Positions 37,179 to 46,997 of a stretch of DNA of 64,000 bases are shown piece after piece; within the stretch, counting starts at the first letter, position 1, and the number at the start of each line of letters is the position of its first letter. The DNA is taken from the NCBI GenBank assembly GCA_963782525.1, contig CAWAKC010000007.1, positions 64,001 through 128,000 on the forward strand, read 5' to 3'. The notes under the pieces are model-generated. The model had not been told where the DNA came from. It saw only the letters and a program-made list of their open reading frames with translations, and searched no databases. The position numbers and the translations under genes are program-made. Origin of the DNA: Candidatus Bathyarchaeota archaeon (lineage in GTDB: Archaea > Thermoproteota > Bathyarchaeia > Bathyarchaeales > Bathycorpusculaceae).

Positions 37179-38855
37179 TTAGTAGGGCATTCCGCCCATA
37201 CCGCCCATTCCACCCATGCCGCCGCCCATACCACCCATTCCTGGTGGCATCTGAGGCATCTTGCTGCCGCCGCCTTTAATGCTGATTAAGTCGTCGATCT
37301 TCAGTATCATGTTGGTTGCTTCGGTAGCGGATTTTATGACTTGCTGCTTTACGCGGAGTGGCTCAATAACCATTTTCACGCGCATGTCAACAATTTTGCC
37401 TGTGGTTACGTCGATGCCGAAGGTTTGGCTGTTTGGTTTCTCGTGCTGTGCGCGTAGAGCTACCATGATGTCTATGGGGTCTAAGCCTGCGTTCTCGGCG
37501 AGCGTGAGGGGAATTTCTTCCACTGCGTCTGCGAAGGCTTCAACTGCAAGTTGTTCGCGTCCTCCAACTTTTACGGCGAAAGCGCGTAGGTTCTTTGCTA
37601 ATTCTGCTTCGGGTGCGCCGCCTCCTGCAACGATTTTGCCGTCTTCGATTGCGTTTCTTACTACGCATAAGCCGTCGTGTAAGCTGCGTTCTGCTTCGTC
37701 TATGACGTTTTTGGATGCGCCTCGGATAACGATTGTAACTGCTTTGGGGTTCTTGCAGTCGCGGATGTAGATTAGTTTGTCGTCGCCGATTTTGACTTCT
37801 TCAACGCGTTTTGCTTTGCCAAGTGCGTCAGGCGTCAAGTCTTTTACGCTTGCACCTATGCTAGCTCCTGTGGCTCTTGAGAGTTTTTCCATGTCGCTGC
37901 TACTTACGCTTTTAACTGCTAAAACGCCCGCTTTACTTAAGAAGTGCAGGACCATGTCGTCGATTCCTTTCTCGCAGAAGATAACGTTTGCACCGGATTT
38001 GGTAATTGTGGTCACCATTTCTTTTAGCATGCGTTCTTCTTCGTCAAGGAACATCTTCATTTGATTGGGGCTTTCGATGTTGATTTTTGCATCGAACTCA
38101 GTTTTCTCGATTTCGAGCTTAGCGTTTAGGAGGGCGATTTTTGCGCCGTCGATGAGTTTTGGCATTCCTGAGCTTGCAACTTCCTTGTCTAGGACCATGC
38201 CTTTGACTAGTTCTGTTTCATCGAGACTTTGGCCATGTTTCTTCACTACCTTTATGAGGTCTATGTCAGAAACGTATTTGTTGTCAACTTTTTCGGAAAC
38301 TTGCTTTACTGCTTCAACGATTATTTTTGCGAAATGGTCTTCTGCAACGTTGATGCTTTTGCTGGAAATTGATGTAATTGCTACTTCTCTTAGGGTTTTC
38401 TCGTCCTCAAAAGCTATAGGTATAGCTATTTTGTCGAGGATTTTCTGTGCTTCTTCACTTGCTTTCTTGTACCCTTCTATTATGACAGTTGGGTGAATGT
38501 TCTTGTCGAGTAAGCTTTCGGCTTTTGCAAGTAATTCTCCTGCTAAGATGACTGCGGTGGTTGTTCCGTCGCCAACTTCGTTATCTTGAGCTTTTGCTAC
38601 TTCAACAAGCATTTTTGCCGCTGGATGCTGAACATCAAGTTCTTTCATGATAGTTGCACCGTCGTTGGTTATTGCAACATCACCCATACTGCTGACAAGC
38701 ATCTTATCCATGCCACATGGACCGAGTGTGGATTTCACAGACTCAGCCACTATTTTTGCAGCCATGATGTTGTTTTTTTGTGCTTCGCGGCCACTTGAGC
38801 GGCCTGTGCCTTCTTTTAATACGAGAATTGGAATGTTTCCTCCGCCTTGAGACAT
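37179..38855 (-). CDS. ths: Group II chaperonin (thermosome) subunit
   Basis: STLGP.GMDKM, TNDGATI, GDGTTT, GGM-repeat tail; ATG at 38855 preferred. Confidence 0.97.
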   Translation of the reverse strand: MSQGGGNIPILVLKEGTGRSSGREAQKNNIMAAKIVAESVKSTLGPCGMDKMLVSSMGDVAITNDGATIMKELDVQHPAAKMLVEVAKAQDNEVGDGTTTAVILAGELLAKAESLLDKNIHPTVIIEGYKKASEEAQKILDKIAIPIAFEDEKTLREVAITSISSKSINVAEDHFAKIIVEAVKQVSEKVDNKYVSDIDLIKVVKKHGQSLDETELVKGMVLDKEVASSGMPKLIDGAKIALLNAKLEIEKTEFDAKINIESPNQMKMFLDEEERMLKEMVTTITKSGANVIFCEKGIDDMVLHFLSKAGVLAVKSVSSSDMEKLSRATGASIGASVKDLTPDALGKAKRVEEVKIGDDKLIYIRDCKNPKAVTIVIRGASKNVIDEAERSLHDGLCVVRNAIEDGKIVAGGGAPEAELAKNLRAFAVKVGGREQLAVEAFADAVEEIPLTLAENAGLDPIDIMVALRAQHEKPNSQTFGIDVTTGKIVDMRVKMVIEPLRVKQQVIKSATEATNMILKIDDLISIKGGGSKMPQMPPGMGGMGGGMGGMGGMGGMPY

Positions 38856-39038
38856 ATTTTTCACCAATATTTCCTTATTGAGTTATTAGATTCTAAACGG
38901 AACAATCAAACCTTGAGATATAAATTTTTCCCAGAGCTTACGCTCTAAACCCAAGAATATAGATAGATGAGATAGCGATGTTTAGTTTTTGTTGGGCGTT
39001 GGCCTGTTTTTATTCTATAGGCAATTGCAGAAACCCGT

Positions 39039-39806
39039 TTATCCGAAAAGATATTTTCTTTCGTCGTTTGCTTTGTCGAGACTTTTTCCGTTGCGAGTAC
39101 CAATCCACATCATGACCAAGCCTACACCCACGATAAAGATTAAGGCACCAATAAAGGGAAAATAAAAGGACAGAGAAACCGCCACGCCTCTTGGCCAATA
39201 TGGAAACAGGGAATCCATTGTAGCCTTCCAAGCAAACGGAACTAATGCTAGAGTTCCTGAAACAAGCAAAAATGTTCCCAGCCAGAAAACCCAGGTTTTT
39301 TTGCGCATAAGCCTCGCCTTTATTTGTCTGCGCTTAAAAAACAGCACCGAAGGAAGTATTGTTGCGGCACTGACGGTTATTATTGTAAAGGTTATCCAGG
39401 GGATTGAGTATTGTGTGTTGAAGTAAACGACGTTGGCAATCTGGTCTTTATACTCATAAGTTCTGTTGAGAAACTCGTAAGTTCTGTTAAAGTAATAGAT
39501 GTTGTAGGAGCAGTAGATTTTTAGGGTGTGCAAGCCAGACGGCAGATTGGTCAGGGTTGCGTTTCCGTTGGTTGCAATTAGCGACTGTTCGTCAAGGACA
39601 TATGTGAAAGAAGTAAAGTTTATGTCATCGCTATGAATGGGAATAAAACTAAGTTGAACGGTGCTTGAAGAGTAAATTTGGTCATTTTTGGGAGAACAAA
39701 CAGTTACCCATGTAGGCGGCAAAGGGTTGGCTTGAGCTACACCTACAACCATAACCGATAATAATACAGCAAATATGAAACCCGTTATCACTAATTTGTT
39801 TTTCAT
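39039..39806 (-). CDS. Surface protein: signal peptide, Ig-like domain, three C-terminal TM helices
   Basis: Signal ending AQA-NP, LPSGLHTLKIY, several N-glycosylation sequons. Confidence 0.7.
   Translation of the reverse strand: MKNKLVITGFIFAVLLSVMVVGVAQANPLPPTWVTVCSPKNDQIYSSSTVQLSFIPIHSDDINFTSFTYVLDEQSLIATNGNATLTNLPSGLHTLKIYCSYNIYYFNRTYEFLNRTYEYKDQIANVVYFNTQYSIPWITFTIITVSAATILPSVLFFKRRQIKARLMRKKTWVFWLGTFLLVSGTLALVPFAWKATMDSLFPYWPRGVAVSLSFYFPFIGALIFIVGVGLVMMWIGTRNGKSLDKANDERKYLFG
39452..39488. repeat. 21-bp-period tandem duplication (NRTYE twice)
   Basis: actcataagttctgtt at 39452 and actcgtaagttctgtt at 39473. Confidence 0.7.
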
Positions 39807-39985
39807 TTGGGCACTTTGGATAATCTGGGAGATTGTCTGCAACCGCTTACTATCTTTGGGATTGACGAGATACGGCGTGCCTGAAAGAGCAAGTTTTTGT
39901 CCTACAGGTTAATTTTGGTTTTTAGAGAAATATTTAACATCCTACGCATCCAATTAACTACCGAGACCCGCTTGGAGAAACTACA

Positions 39986-41413
39986 ATGAGCATCCTTAGC
40001 CACGACAGTTTCTGGAACGCAGTCATAACTATGCCTATGACAAAAAAAATGCTCCAGTTGTCCTTAAAAAAATGCGGCAAATGCGGCAGAACTGTGCTTG
40101 AAGCGGCGCTCGACGATTATGCGGGCAAAACCGACGTCAAATGCGACAGGTGCAACAGTTTGTATTCGCAGGTTATCGGTTTCTGGGTTGAATTTCTGCG
40201 GAGAGGTCTTGGCTTTAAACGGGCAAAAGTTGAGAAACTCTTAACTGACCCCTATGCTAGAAGAGCGGTACTTAACCTGACGAAGTCTTTTGCTTACTTG
40301 GGCATAAAAAAACCCATGTCGCTCTATGCGCCGTTTCTAGTAGTTTGGGATTTCACTCATAAATGCAACCTGAGCTGTAAACACTGCTACTCCAACAGCG
40401 GCGCTGTCAAAGAAGATGAATTATCAACATCTCAAGCTTTGGCGGTTGTTGACCAACTTGCCGACGCAGGTGTTACAGCGTTGGCGTTTAGCGGCGGCGA
40501 ACCCTTAACCCGAAAAGACTTCTTTGAAGTTGCACGGCACGCAGCTGACCGTGGACTCTACGTGTCAGTAGCTTCAAATGGAACCCTGCTCACAAAAGAG
40601 AACGTGCAGAAACTCAAACAAGCTAAAGTTAACTACCTCGACGTCAGCATCGACGGAGCCACCGCCAAAACCCACGACGACTTCCGAGGCGTCCCAGGAA
40701 CGTTCGATAAAGCGGTTGCAGGCCTCAAAATCTGCGTTGAAGCCGACTTATGCGTCTGCATCGCCACAACCGTTGGCAAGAACAACATGGCAGAATTGCC
40801 CGCCATCATAGATTTGGCTGAGGAAATCCATGCTGAGCGGTTTACTTACTTCAATTTTATCCCCACTGGTCGGGGTAAAGCGCATTTTGATCAGGACCTC
40901 TCACCTCAAGAACGTGAAGAAGTCATGCAATACTTGCTTAACCGAATGTCGGCAGGCTGCAAAACCACAATCCTCGCAACTGCACCACAATTGGCGCGTG
41001 TAGCTTTGCAATGTCAAGGTCCCGCTGGTACAGGCGAAGTTATCATGTCCATGGCACACATGCAAACCGTAAGAGTAACCAAAAAAGCCGTGCCCTTGGC
41101 GGATTTTATTGGCGGCTGCGGTGCAGGAAGGCTTTACTGTTCGCTGTCTCCTCAAGGCGACGTTCACCCATGCGTCTTTTTGCCCGTAAACGTCGGGAAC
41201 CTAAAAACAGAAAAATTTCAGGACATCTGGCTAAACGCACCCCTCTTCAAATCGTTCCGCAACAGAGCCAACCTCAAAGGCGCATGCGGCAAATGCGATT
41301 ACAAGTTCATTTGCGGGGGCTGCAGGGCACGTTCAGCCGCATATCATAACGGCGACATGCTCAGCGGCGACCCAGGATGCCTTCAAGGAGTGAAGAATAC
41401 AAAAAATGCCTGA
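39986..41413 (+). CDS. Radical SAM/SPASM enzyme with N-terminal CxxC...CxxC domain, possibly GMGT synthase (Gms)-like
   Basis: CGKC...CDRC, APFLVVWDFTHKCNLSCKHC, SGGEP, GGCGAGR...PC...CGKC....ICGGC..R...DPGC. Confidence 0.8.
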   Translation: MSILSHDSFWNAVITMPMTKKMLQLSLKKCGKCGRTVLEAALDDYAGKTDVKCDRCNSLYSQVIGFWVEFLRRGLGFKRAKVEKLLTDPYARRAVLNLTKSFAYLGIKKPMSLYAPFLVVWDFTHKCNLSCKHCYSNSGAVKEDELSTSQALAVVDQLADAGVTALAFSGGEPLTRKDFFEVARHAADRGLYVSVASNGTLLTKENVQKLKQAKVNYLDVSIDGATAKTHDDFRGVPGTFDKAVAGLKICVEADLCVCIATTVGKNNMAELPAIIDLAEEIHAERFTYFNFIPTGRGKAHFDQDLSPQEREEVMQYLLNRMSAGCKTTILATAPQLARVALQCQGPAGTGEVIMSMAHMQTVRVTKKAVPLADFIGGCGAGRLYCSLSPQGDVHPCVFLPVNVGNLKTEKFQDIWLNAPLFKSFRNRANLKGACGKCDYKFICGGCRARSAAYHNGDMLSGDPGCLQGVKNTKNA

Positions 41414-42368
41414 TTCCTCATCGAAGAGAGTTAAAATTTTTCGAGCCAAAGAGGACATAAGCGACATCATAAAAGAAGCCGTTGCAAACTCGGGATTGCG
41501 TGGCAAGAAAAAGATTTTTGTCAAACCAAACTTAAGCCACCCGGAATATCTGCCTGGAGTTGTAACCAGCCCCGAGTTGATGCGTCAGCTGGTTGGTTTG
41601 CTTCGGGACGGCAACAGTGAAGTCATCGTGGGCGAATCTAACGGCTTCAACTACCCGTGCTGGACAGCTTTCGACAAAACCGGCGCGGAGGCAGCTGTCA
41701 AAGCAGCAGGTGGCACAGTCATAAACCTCTCAGAAGACAAACTGATCGAAGTAAAATTTCCAGACGGTTGTCCGCTCAAGCGTCTTTTTCTGCCCAAAAC
41801 CATCCTCGATTCAGATGCCGTCGTGGATTTGCCGTTGATGAAAACTCACGAGTTCATGACTTACAGTGGCGCTATCAAAAACCTGTTCGGTTGTGTGCCC
41901 AGCAACAAACGCATTTACCTCCACCCCTACCTGCCAGAAGTCATGTACCGGCTTTACACGCTTTTTAAACCTCAGTTAACGATTATGGATGCCCGAACAG
42001 GCATAGAAGGCAACGGACCTACCAAAGGCAAACCCGTCAAGATGGGACTAATGCTGACTGGCAACGATGCGTTGGCTTTAGACATAACCGCCGCCAAAGT
42101 CATGATGCTCAATTGGAAAGAAACCTACCTCAACTACATCGCTAACAAAACAGGCATGGATGAAGAAGACATCCAAGTCGAAGGCTTACCGATAAGCCAA
42201 GTTGAGCATAGTTTTGAGCCACCCCGAATCGATTTACCAGTGAAGGCACAGATGATGATTTACCAGCACGAATACCTAACAAAAATGCTCTTCTGCTCAC
42301 TGGACATCGTCAGATTGTTCCAGAAGGTAACCATGGCGTATCGGGGCAAACCAATCGAAATAGGCTAA
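41406..42368 (+). CDS. DUF362 family Fe-S protein
   Basis: VKPNL, VTSP, MKTH, GAIKNLFG, IEGNGP; overlaps the radical SAM gene. Confidence 0.87.
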   Translation: MPDSSSKRVKIFRAKEDISDIIKEAVANSGLRGKKKIFVKPNLSHPEYLPGVVTSPELMRQLVGLLRDGNSEVIVGESNGFNYPCWTAFDKTGAEAAVKAAGGTVINLSEDKLIEVKFPDGCPLKRLFLPKTILDSDAVVDLPLMKTHEFMTYSGAIKNLFGCVPSNKRIYLHPYLPEVMYRLYTLFKPQLTIMDARTGIEGNGPTKGKPVKMGLMLTGNDALALDITAAKVMMLNWKETYLNYIANKTGMDEEDIQVEGLPISQVEHSFEPPRIDLPVKAQMMIYQHEYLTKMLFCSLDIVRLFQKVTMAYRGKPIEIG

Positions 42369-43561
42369 CTAATTGCTTCATCGTACACTTTCATGGCGTC
42401 TTTGACGACTATGCGCCAATCATAGTTTTCCACGATTGTTTTCCTAGCCAACGCACCCATTTCCGCTGCGAAGACGGGATGCTCGAGCAGATAGAGGATT
42501 TTTTCGCTGAACGCTTTGGAATTGAAAGGTTCCACCAGAAAGCCGTTTTTGCCGCTTTCGATGGTTTCTGGGATACCGCCCACTGTGGTTGTGACAACGG
42601 GCAAGCCTGTTGCAAGCGCTTCCAAAACGGCGAAGGGATGATGCTCATAGAAGGTGGAAAATGCAAAGACGTCGGCGGCTTGGTAGAGCAGAGGCAATTT
42701 CTTGTCGGGGTAGTAACCAGTGAAGATTATGTTGCCTTTTACGCCGAGTTTTTCTGCGTGAATGATAAGTTTGTGCATTTCGTCGCTTTGCCCCTTGCCT
42801 GAAATGATGAATTTGGCGGTTGGGAAGCGTTTAATGACGGCGGGCATACTTTCGATAAGGGTGAATAAGCCTTTGCGGGCATACAATCTGCCGACGGAGA
42901 CGATAGCTAATTCGTCAGGGTTAAAACCAAGCTCCGCCTTGATCTTGCGCTTATCTGCCGCTGGCTTAAACTTGGTTACGTCAACGCCGTTGTGGATAAC
43001 CCGTATCTTGCTTGGGGGAATCTTGTAATAGTTTGTGAGTTCCCACTTGGTGAAATGGCTGACAGCGATTATTCTTCGAGCCCTATGCAACATACCTTCC
43101 TCAAAAAACCGCAAAAACCAATTAAAACTTACCAAAAACTTCTCGTTTGCATTTAATCGGGTGTAAGGTTCTCCGCGGATGGCTTCGGCTTCGCCTTTCC
43201 ATGTGGAGTGGACGGTGCAAACAAGTGATTTACCAAAGTTGGGAGGCACTGCAAAGTTGGGTGTTAGGGGCAATTGGGGATGGGTTACATCAACGTTTGC
43301 TGTTTTTCTTACTCTTTGGAGTTTGCGGTTGCTGGCAGCGGCTAGCATGAAGGATTTTACAATGGGCATTTTGGGGATTTTTAGGAAGGACACGTCGAGT
43401 TGGGGGTTGACTTGTATATCCTGGGCTTGGTTGGAGCCTGTTACGACAAAGATTTTGTAGCCGTTTTTTAGCAATTCATTGCTGAGGTAGTAGACGTAGG
43501 CGCCTGTTCCCCCAGTCAGCGGCCAGTATTCGGGTGAGATAAAGCAGACTTTATGCGGCAT
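42365..43561 (-). CDS. GT4 glycosyltransferase
   Basis: EYWP..GG.G, HNGVD, GRL..RKG, EHHPFAVLEALA; ATG at 43561 coupled to the upstream stop. Confidence 0.92.
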   Translation of the reverse strand: MPHKVCFISPEYWPLTGGTGAYVYYLSNELLKNGYKIFVVTGSNQAQDIQVNPQLDVSFLKIPKMPIVKSFMLAAASNRKLQRVRKTANVDVTHPQLPLTPNFAVPPNFGKSLVCTVHSTWKGEAEAIRGEPYTRLNANEKFLVSFNWFLRFFEEGMLHRARRIIAVSHFTKWELTNYYKIPPSKIRVIHNGVDVTKFKPAADKRKIKAELGFNPDELAIVSVGRLYARKGLFTLIESMPAVIKRFPTAKFIISGKGQSDEMHKLIIHAEKLGVKGNIIFTGYYPDKKLPLLYQAADVFAFSTFYEHHPFAVLEALATGLPVVTTTVGGIPETIESGKNGFLVEPFNSKAFSEKILYLLEHPVFAAEMGALARKTIVENYDWRIVVKDAMKVYDEAIS

Positions 43562-44568
43562 TACTTGTCCTTCCCTGCAAGATACCTTGCCGTAGTTATT
43601 ATTGCGCCGTCGAACCATGCTCCTGCCCTCACAAAGTATAGCAGCACCAGCCGCAGGGCGGCGCGGTCATTGAATTTAACAGCTATTTTGATAGATGAAT
43701 AAACAAAGTAAACCATCATCGCCAAAAAGATTAAACCCGAAACAATCCACATTAACCTCAGCGGCGGCAAGATGCCCACAAAGAAAAACGCAACGACGCC
43801 CAAGAGTAGGATTGGTTGTACGTTCATTCCTACATCGGTGATCTCGTCACCCTTTGCCAAGTGTCCGTGTTTGAAGTAGAGTTTTAGCGTGTTTTTACCG
43901 TACTGCAGTTGCTGGCGATAATACGCTTTCAAGGTGGGACGATTAAAGTGGTAGCAGACTGCGCTGGACTCGTAGGCGATTTTGTAGCCTTTGGCAGCTA
44001 TGCGAAAGCCAAAGTCAGTGTCATATTGACTGGGTAGTTTCTCATCCCACCCGCCTGCCTCCTCGACGACAGATTTTTTGAGCAAAAGGTTCATGGTAGC
44101 GATTCGCCCAGTGTACTTACCTATGCGTTGGTAGCGGTTTTTGAGTTCGTACCCGATGCTTCTTGCCCATGGGTTGTTGCAGTTCCAGGTTTCGATGCTA
44201 CCGCTGACGCCCGCCACCTTTGGCTCAACGAGGTGCGGTGCAAGTTTGTTTAGCCATTCAACTTCCACCTTGGCATCTGCGTCAATGAATCCCAGAATAG
44301 GAAAAGAAGCAATTTTCAAGGCGTAATTGTAAGCGGCTGGAGCGTTAAGCCGTATAGAAACCACTTTGATTGGGAATTGCTCGGCAATTTCTACAGTGGC
44401 ATCTTTTGAGCCTCCATCCATTACTATAACCTCTACAAAACCTGCTGGATAATTTAGCGCCAAGATTGATTTGAGGCATTCTTCCAGTGTATCTTGGCTG
44501 TTATATGCTGCTACTATAATCGAAACCTTGGGATAAACAGTTTCAGCCACTTGCTTATGCCTTCGCAT
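43561..44568 (-). CDS. GT2 glycosyltransferase with C-terminal TM helices
   Basis: SIIVAAYN, DGGSKD, FIDAD, YDTDF, RQQLQYG. Confidence 0.9.
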   Translation of the reverse strand: MRRHKQVAETVYPKVSIIVAAYNSQDTLEECLKSILALNYPAGFVEVIVMDGGSKDATVEIAEQFPIKVVSIRLNAPAAYNYALKIASFPILGFIDADAKVEVEWLNKLAPHLVEPKVAGVSGSIETWNCNNPWARSIGYELKNRYQRIGKYTGRIATMNLLLKKSVVEEAGGWDEKLPSQYDTDFGFRIAAKGYKIAYESSAVCYHFNRPTLKAYYRQQLQYGKNTLKLYFKHGHLAKGDEITDVGMNVQPILLLGVVAFFFVGILPPLRLMWIVSGLIFLAMMVYFVYSSIKIAVKFNDRAALRLVLLYFVRAGAWFDGAIITTARYLAGKDK

Positions 44569-45253
44569 ACGCTAAAACAATCGACAACAGGATTTTAGAG
44601 CCATCTATCACAGGGTCGACACCAGAGTGACCATACGTGCGCTGCTCAAAACTAATAGGCACCTCCGCTACCCTAAAACCTTCTTTAGCTGTTTTAACAA
44701 GCATCTCCGACTCTATCTCGTAGCCGCCTGATTTTAGTTTTTGTTTGCTTAGGACTTCCCGCTTCATTGCGCGGTATCCAGATTGAGAATCAGTTATGGC
44801 AGTTCCCGTTAAGAGCTGAATTAAAAAGTTGAATATACGAACGCCGAAGGCATTTAGTTTTCTTGTTGCAACGTTTTTCTGGTTCAGGTACCTTGACCCA
44901 ATTACCAAGTCAGCTTGGTCTTTTAGGACCGGCGCAAGGACTCGAGGGAGTTCCTCGGGGCGGTGGGAGCCGTCGGAGTCGATAGTGATTATTATATCGC
45001 CCTTTGCCTTAGCGAACCCTGCTCGCAGACCGTAGCCTTTGCCCATGTGCTGTTTTAGGCTGTAGAGTTTGCTGTTATGTTCCCTGACCACTTCAACCGA
45101 GTGGTCGTGTGAGTGGTCGTCAACAACAATTATTTCATATTGCAAGCCAATATGCTGCAAGACAGCTTTTGTACGGTCAATAACGTTGCCTACAGTTAAT
45201 TCCTCGTTGAACACGGGAATTATGACGGAAAGCAGCATTTGGCGTCGACTCAT
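44555..45253 (-). CDS. DPM1-like polyprenol-phosphate glycosyltransferase (GT2)
   Basis: SVIIPVFNEE, DDHSHD, GKG, IDSDGSH, DSQSGYR, EIESE. Confidence 0.9.
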   Translation of the reverse strand: MSRRQMLLSVIIPVFNEELTVGNVIDRTKAVLQHIGLQYEIIVVDDHSHDHSVEVVREHNSKLYSLKQHMGKGYGLRAGFAKAKGDIIITIDSDGSHRPEELPRVLAPVLKDQADLVIGSRYLNQKNVATRKLNAFGVRIFNFLIQLLTGTAITDSQSGYRAMKREVLSKQKLKSGGYEIESEMLVKTAKEGFRVAEVPISFEQRTYGHSGVDPVIDGSKILLSIVLAYAKA

Positions 45254-45337
45254 TTTATTTAAGAAGCCAAAGGAATAACTTATAAAGTTTGGCTACCCCA
45301 ACCTTGTTAGCAACCGAACAGAAAGTTTGATCAAAAA

Positions 45338-45892
45338 ATGGAAACCACCCTGAAAGTTAAAGTTGAAGGCGACCGCAAGGTTTGGTTTTCCATGTGGTTT
45401 CTGGGCGCAGTCGTCACTTTTGGCGTTGCGTTCTTTCCAATGTTTTACCGTTTGGTCGACGGCAGGAACAGGCATTTCCGGCGCGAAGCAGAGTTTGAAG
45501 AGAAGGTTGCAGCTTATTCGAAGAAACAGGGAAAAAAACTGCCGTCAGCAAGTGAGCGATTTAAAGCGATGAATGCGAAAGCTTGGGCAGCCAGCATTAT
45601 TCTAATCGTGCCAGTCTTCATCATAGTTTACTTGTTATCCAGAGATTTAGCGAATCATGAACAAAACCAAGATGCGTTTCTTGCGGCTGCTCTGCCAGAG
45701 CGAGTTTTCATGCCGCAGACGATACCCATAAAAACTTATGCCATAATAACTTTAATTACGTTGGGCGTTGGGGTTATTTACTGGCTCTACAAGGTTGTTA
45801 ACTTGTACAACGCTCACTATAAGGCGCATCTACAAGTGGAGAAAGAAATGGTTAGGCTGATGGAGGAGCAAAAACCTGTCGAGCAACTGTAA
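45338..45892 (+). CDS. DUF4234-like membrane protein with internal repeat
   Basis: Two similar units VVTFG...FYRL...NRH and LITLG...LYKV...NAH. Confidence 0.65.
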   Translation: METTLKVKVEGDRKVWFSMWFLGAVVTFGVAFFPMFYRLVDGRNRHFRREAEFEEKVAAYSKKQGKKLPSASERFKAMNAKAWAASIILIVPVFIIVYLLSRDLANHEQNQDAFLAAALPERVFMPQTIPIKTYAIITLITLGVGVIYWLYKVVNLYNAHYKAHLQVEKEMVRLMEEQKPVEQL

Positions 45893-46997
45893 AAAACGTA
45901 GGTTCGTTAGCCACGGCGGAGACATCTGGGGTTTTAGCAGAAAATACAACATACCTCTCGAAGACGTACTCGAATTCAGCGGACCCATAAACTTTCTTGG
46001 ACCTTCACCAAAAGCTGTCGAAGCTGTAAAGCAGAATGCCCGTTTAATCAAGTTCTATCCGGACCCAAACCCAGTCGAATTCAAAGAGGAAATCGCCAAG
46101 TACGTAGGCTGCGGCATAAAAGAAGAAAACATTCTCTTGGGAAACGGCTCCATCGAACTCATCTACTTGATAACTGAGATTCTGCCTCGTGGTCACAAAG
46201 CAGTAATTCCTGTGCCGTCTTTCTCAGAATATGAGAAAGCGACCCTGCGAGTGAGTGGTGAACCCATTTTTGTCCAGTTGCCGGAGGATTTTTCTTTGGA
46301 TTTGGACAAAATAAAGAAAGCAGTTACCGAGGACACAAAAATCATGTGCCTATGCAACCCCCACAGTCCCTCAGGTAAACTCTACAGCAAAAAAGGACTC
46401 TTAGACCTCGTGGAGTTCTGCAACAAAAAAGACATCATTTTTAGCGTTGACGAAAATTACATCGAATTTGCCGACCAAAGCTTAGATAACACGTTAGCGG
46501 GAATGGTCAAAGACTACGAGAACCTTTTTGTTATTCGTTCAGTCACCAAATTCTATGGCATGGCAGGCATCCGCTTCGGCTACGCCTTAACTGCGGGAAA
46601 TCTAATTGACAAGCTTGAAACCATGCGGCTCCCGTGGAGCATCAACGGATTAGCATGCCAAGTCACGATGGCAGCTATAAACGACACCCAATTCATACAG
46701 AACACCAAAGAAACAATCGCTAAAAACCGCCAAGAACTCGCTCAAAGCCTCAGCCAAATCCCAGGCTTACACGTCTACCCATCAGTAACAAACTTCCTAC
46801 TCGTAAAAATACAGAACAGCAAAATCACATCCACCATGCTAAAAGATCTTTTGGCGAAAGAACGAATCTTAATTCGCGACTGTTGTACTTTCATGGGATT
46901 AGACGATCACTACTTTAGAGTAACCATCAGGTCAGCCAAAGACAACCAAATACTCGCTGAAAAAATAAAACAAATCCTCAACAAAAATGGCGTTTGA
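45876..46997 (+). CDS. cobD: Threonine-phosphate decarboxylase CobD (HisC-like PLP enzyme), probable CTG start
   Basis: Open frame upstream of track start encodes HGGDIW...EFSGPINFLGP...YPDP; then GNGSIE, CNPHSPSG, DENY, RSVTKFYGMAGIRFGY, IRDC. Confidence 0.82.
   Translation: MSSNCKKRRFVSHGGDIWGFSRKYNIPLEDVLEFSGPINFLGPSPKAVEAVKQNARLIKFYPDPNPVEFKEEIAKYVGCGIKEENILLGNGSIELIYLITEILPRGHKAVIPVPSFSEYEKATLRVSGEPIFVQLPEDFSLDLDKIKKAVTEDTKIMCLCNPHSPSGKLYSKKGLLDLVEFCNKKDIIFSVDENYIEFADQSLDNTLAGMVKDYENLFVIRSVTKFYGMAGIRFGYALTAGNLIDKLETMRLPWSINGLACQVTMAAINDTQFIQNTKETIAKNRQELAQSLSQIPGLHVYPSVTNFLLVKIQNSKITSTMLKDLLAKERILIRDCCTFMGLDDHYFRVTIRSAKDNQILAEKIKQILNKNGV

Noticed and set aside
37182-37260. Short repeats suggesting an array
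   Set aside because: They encode the ordinary GGM tail of the chaperonin
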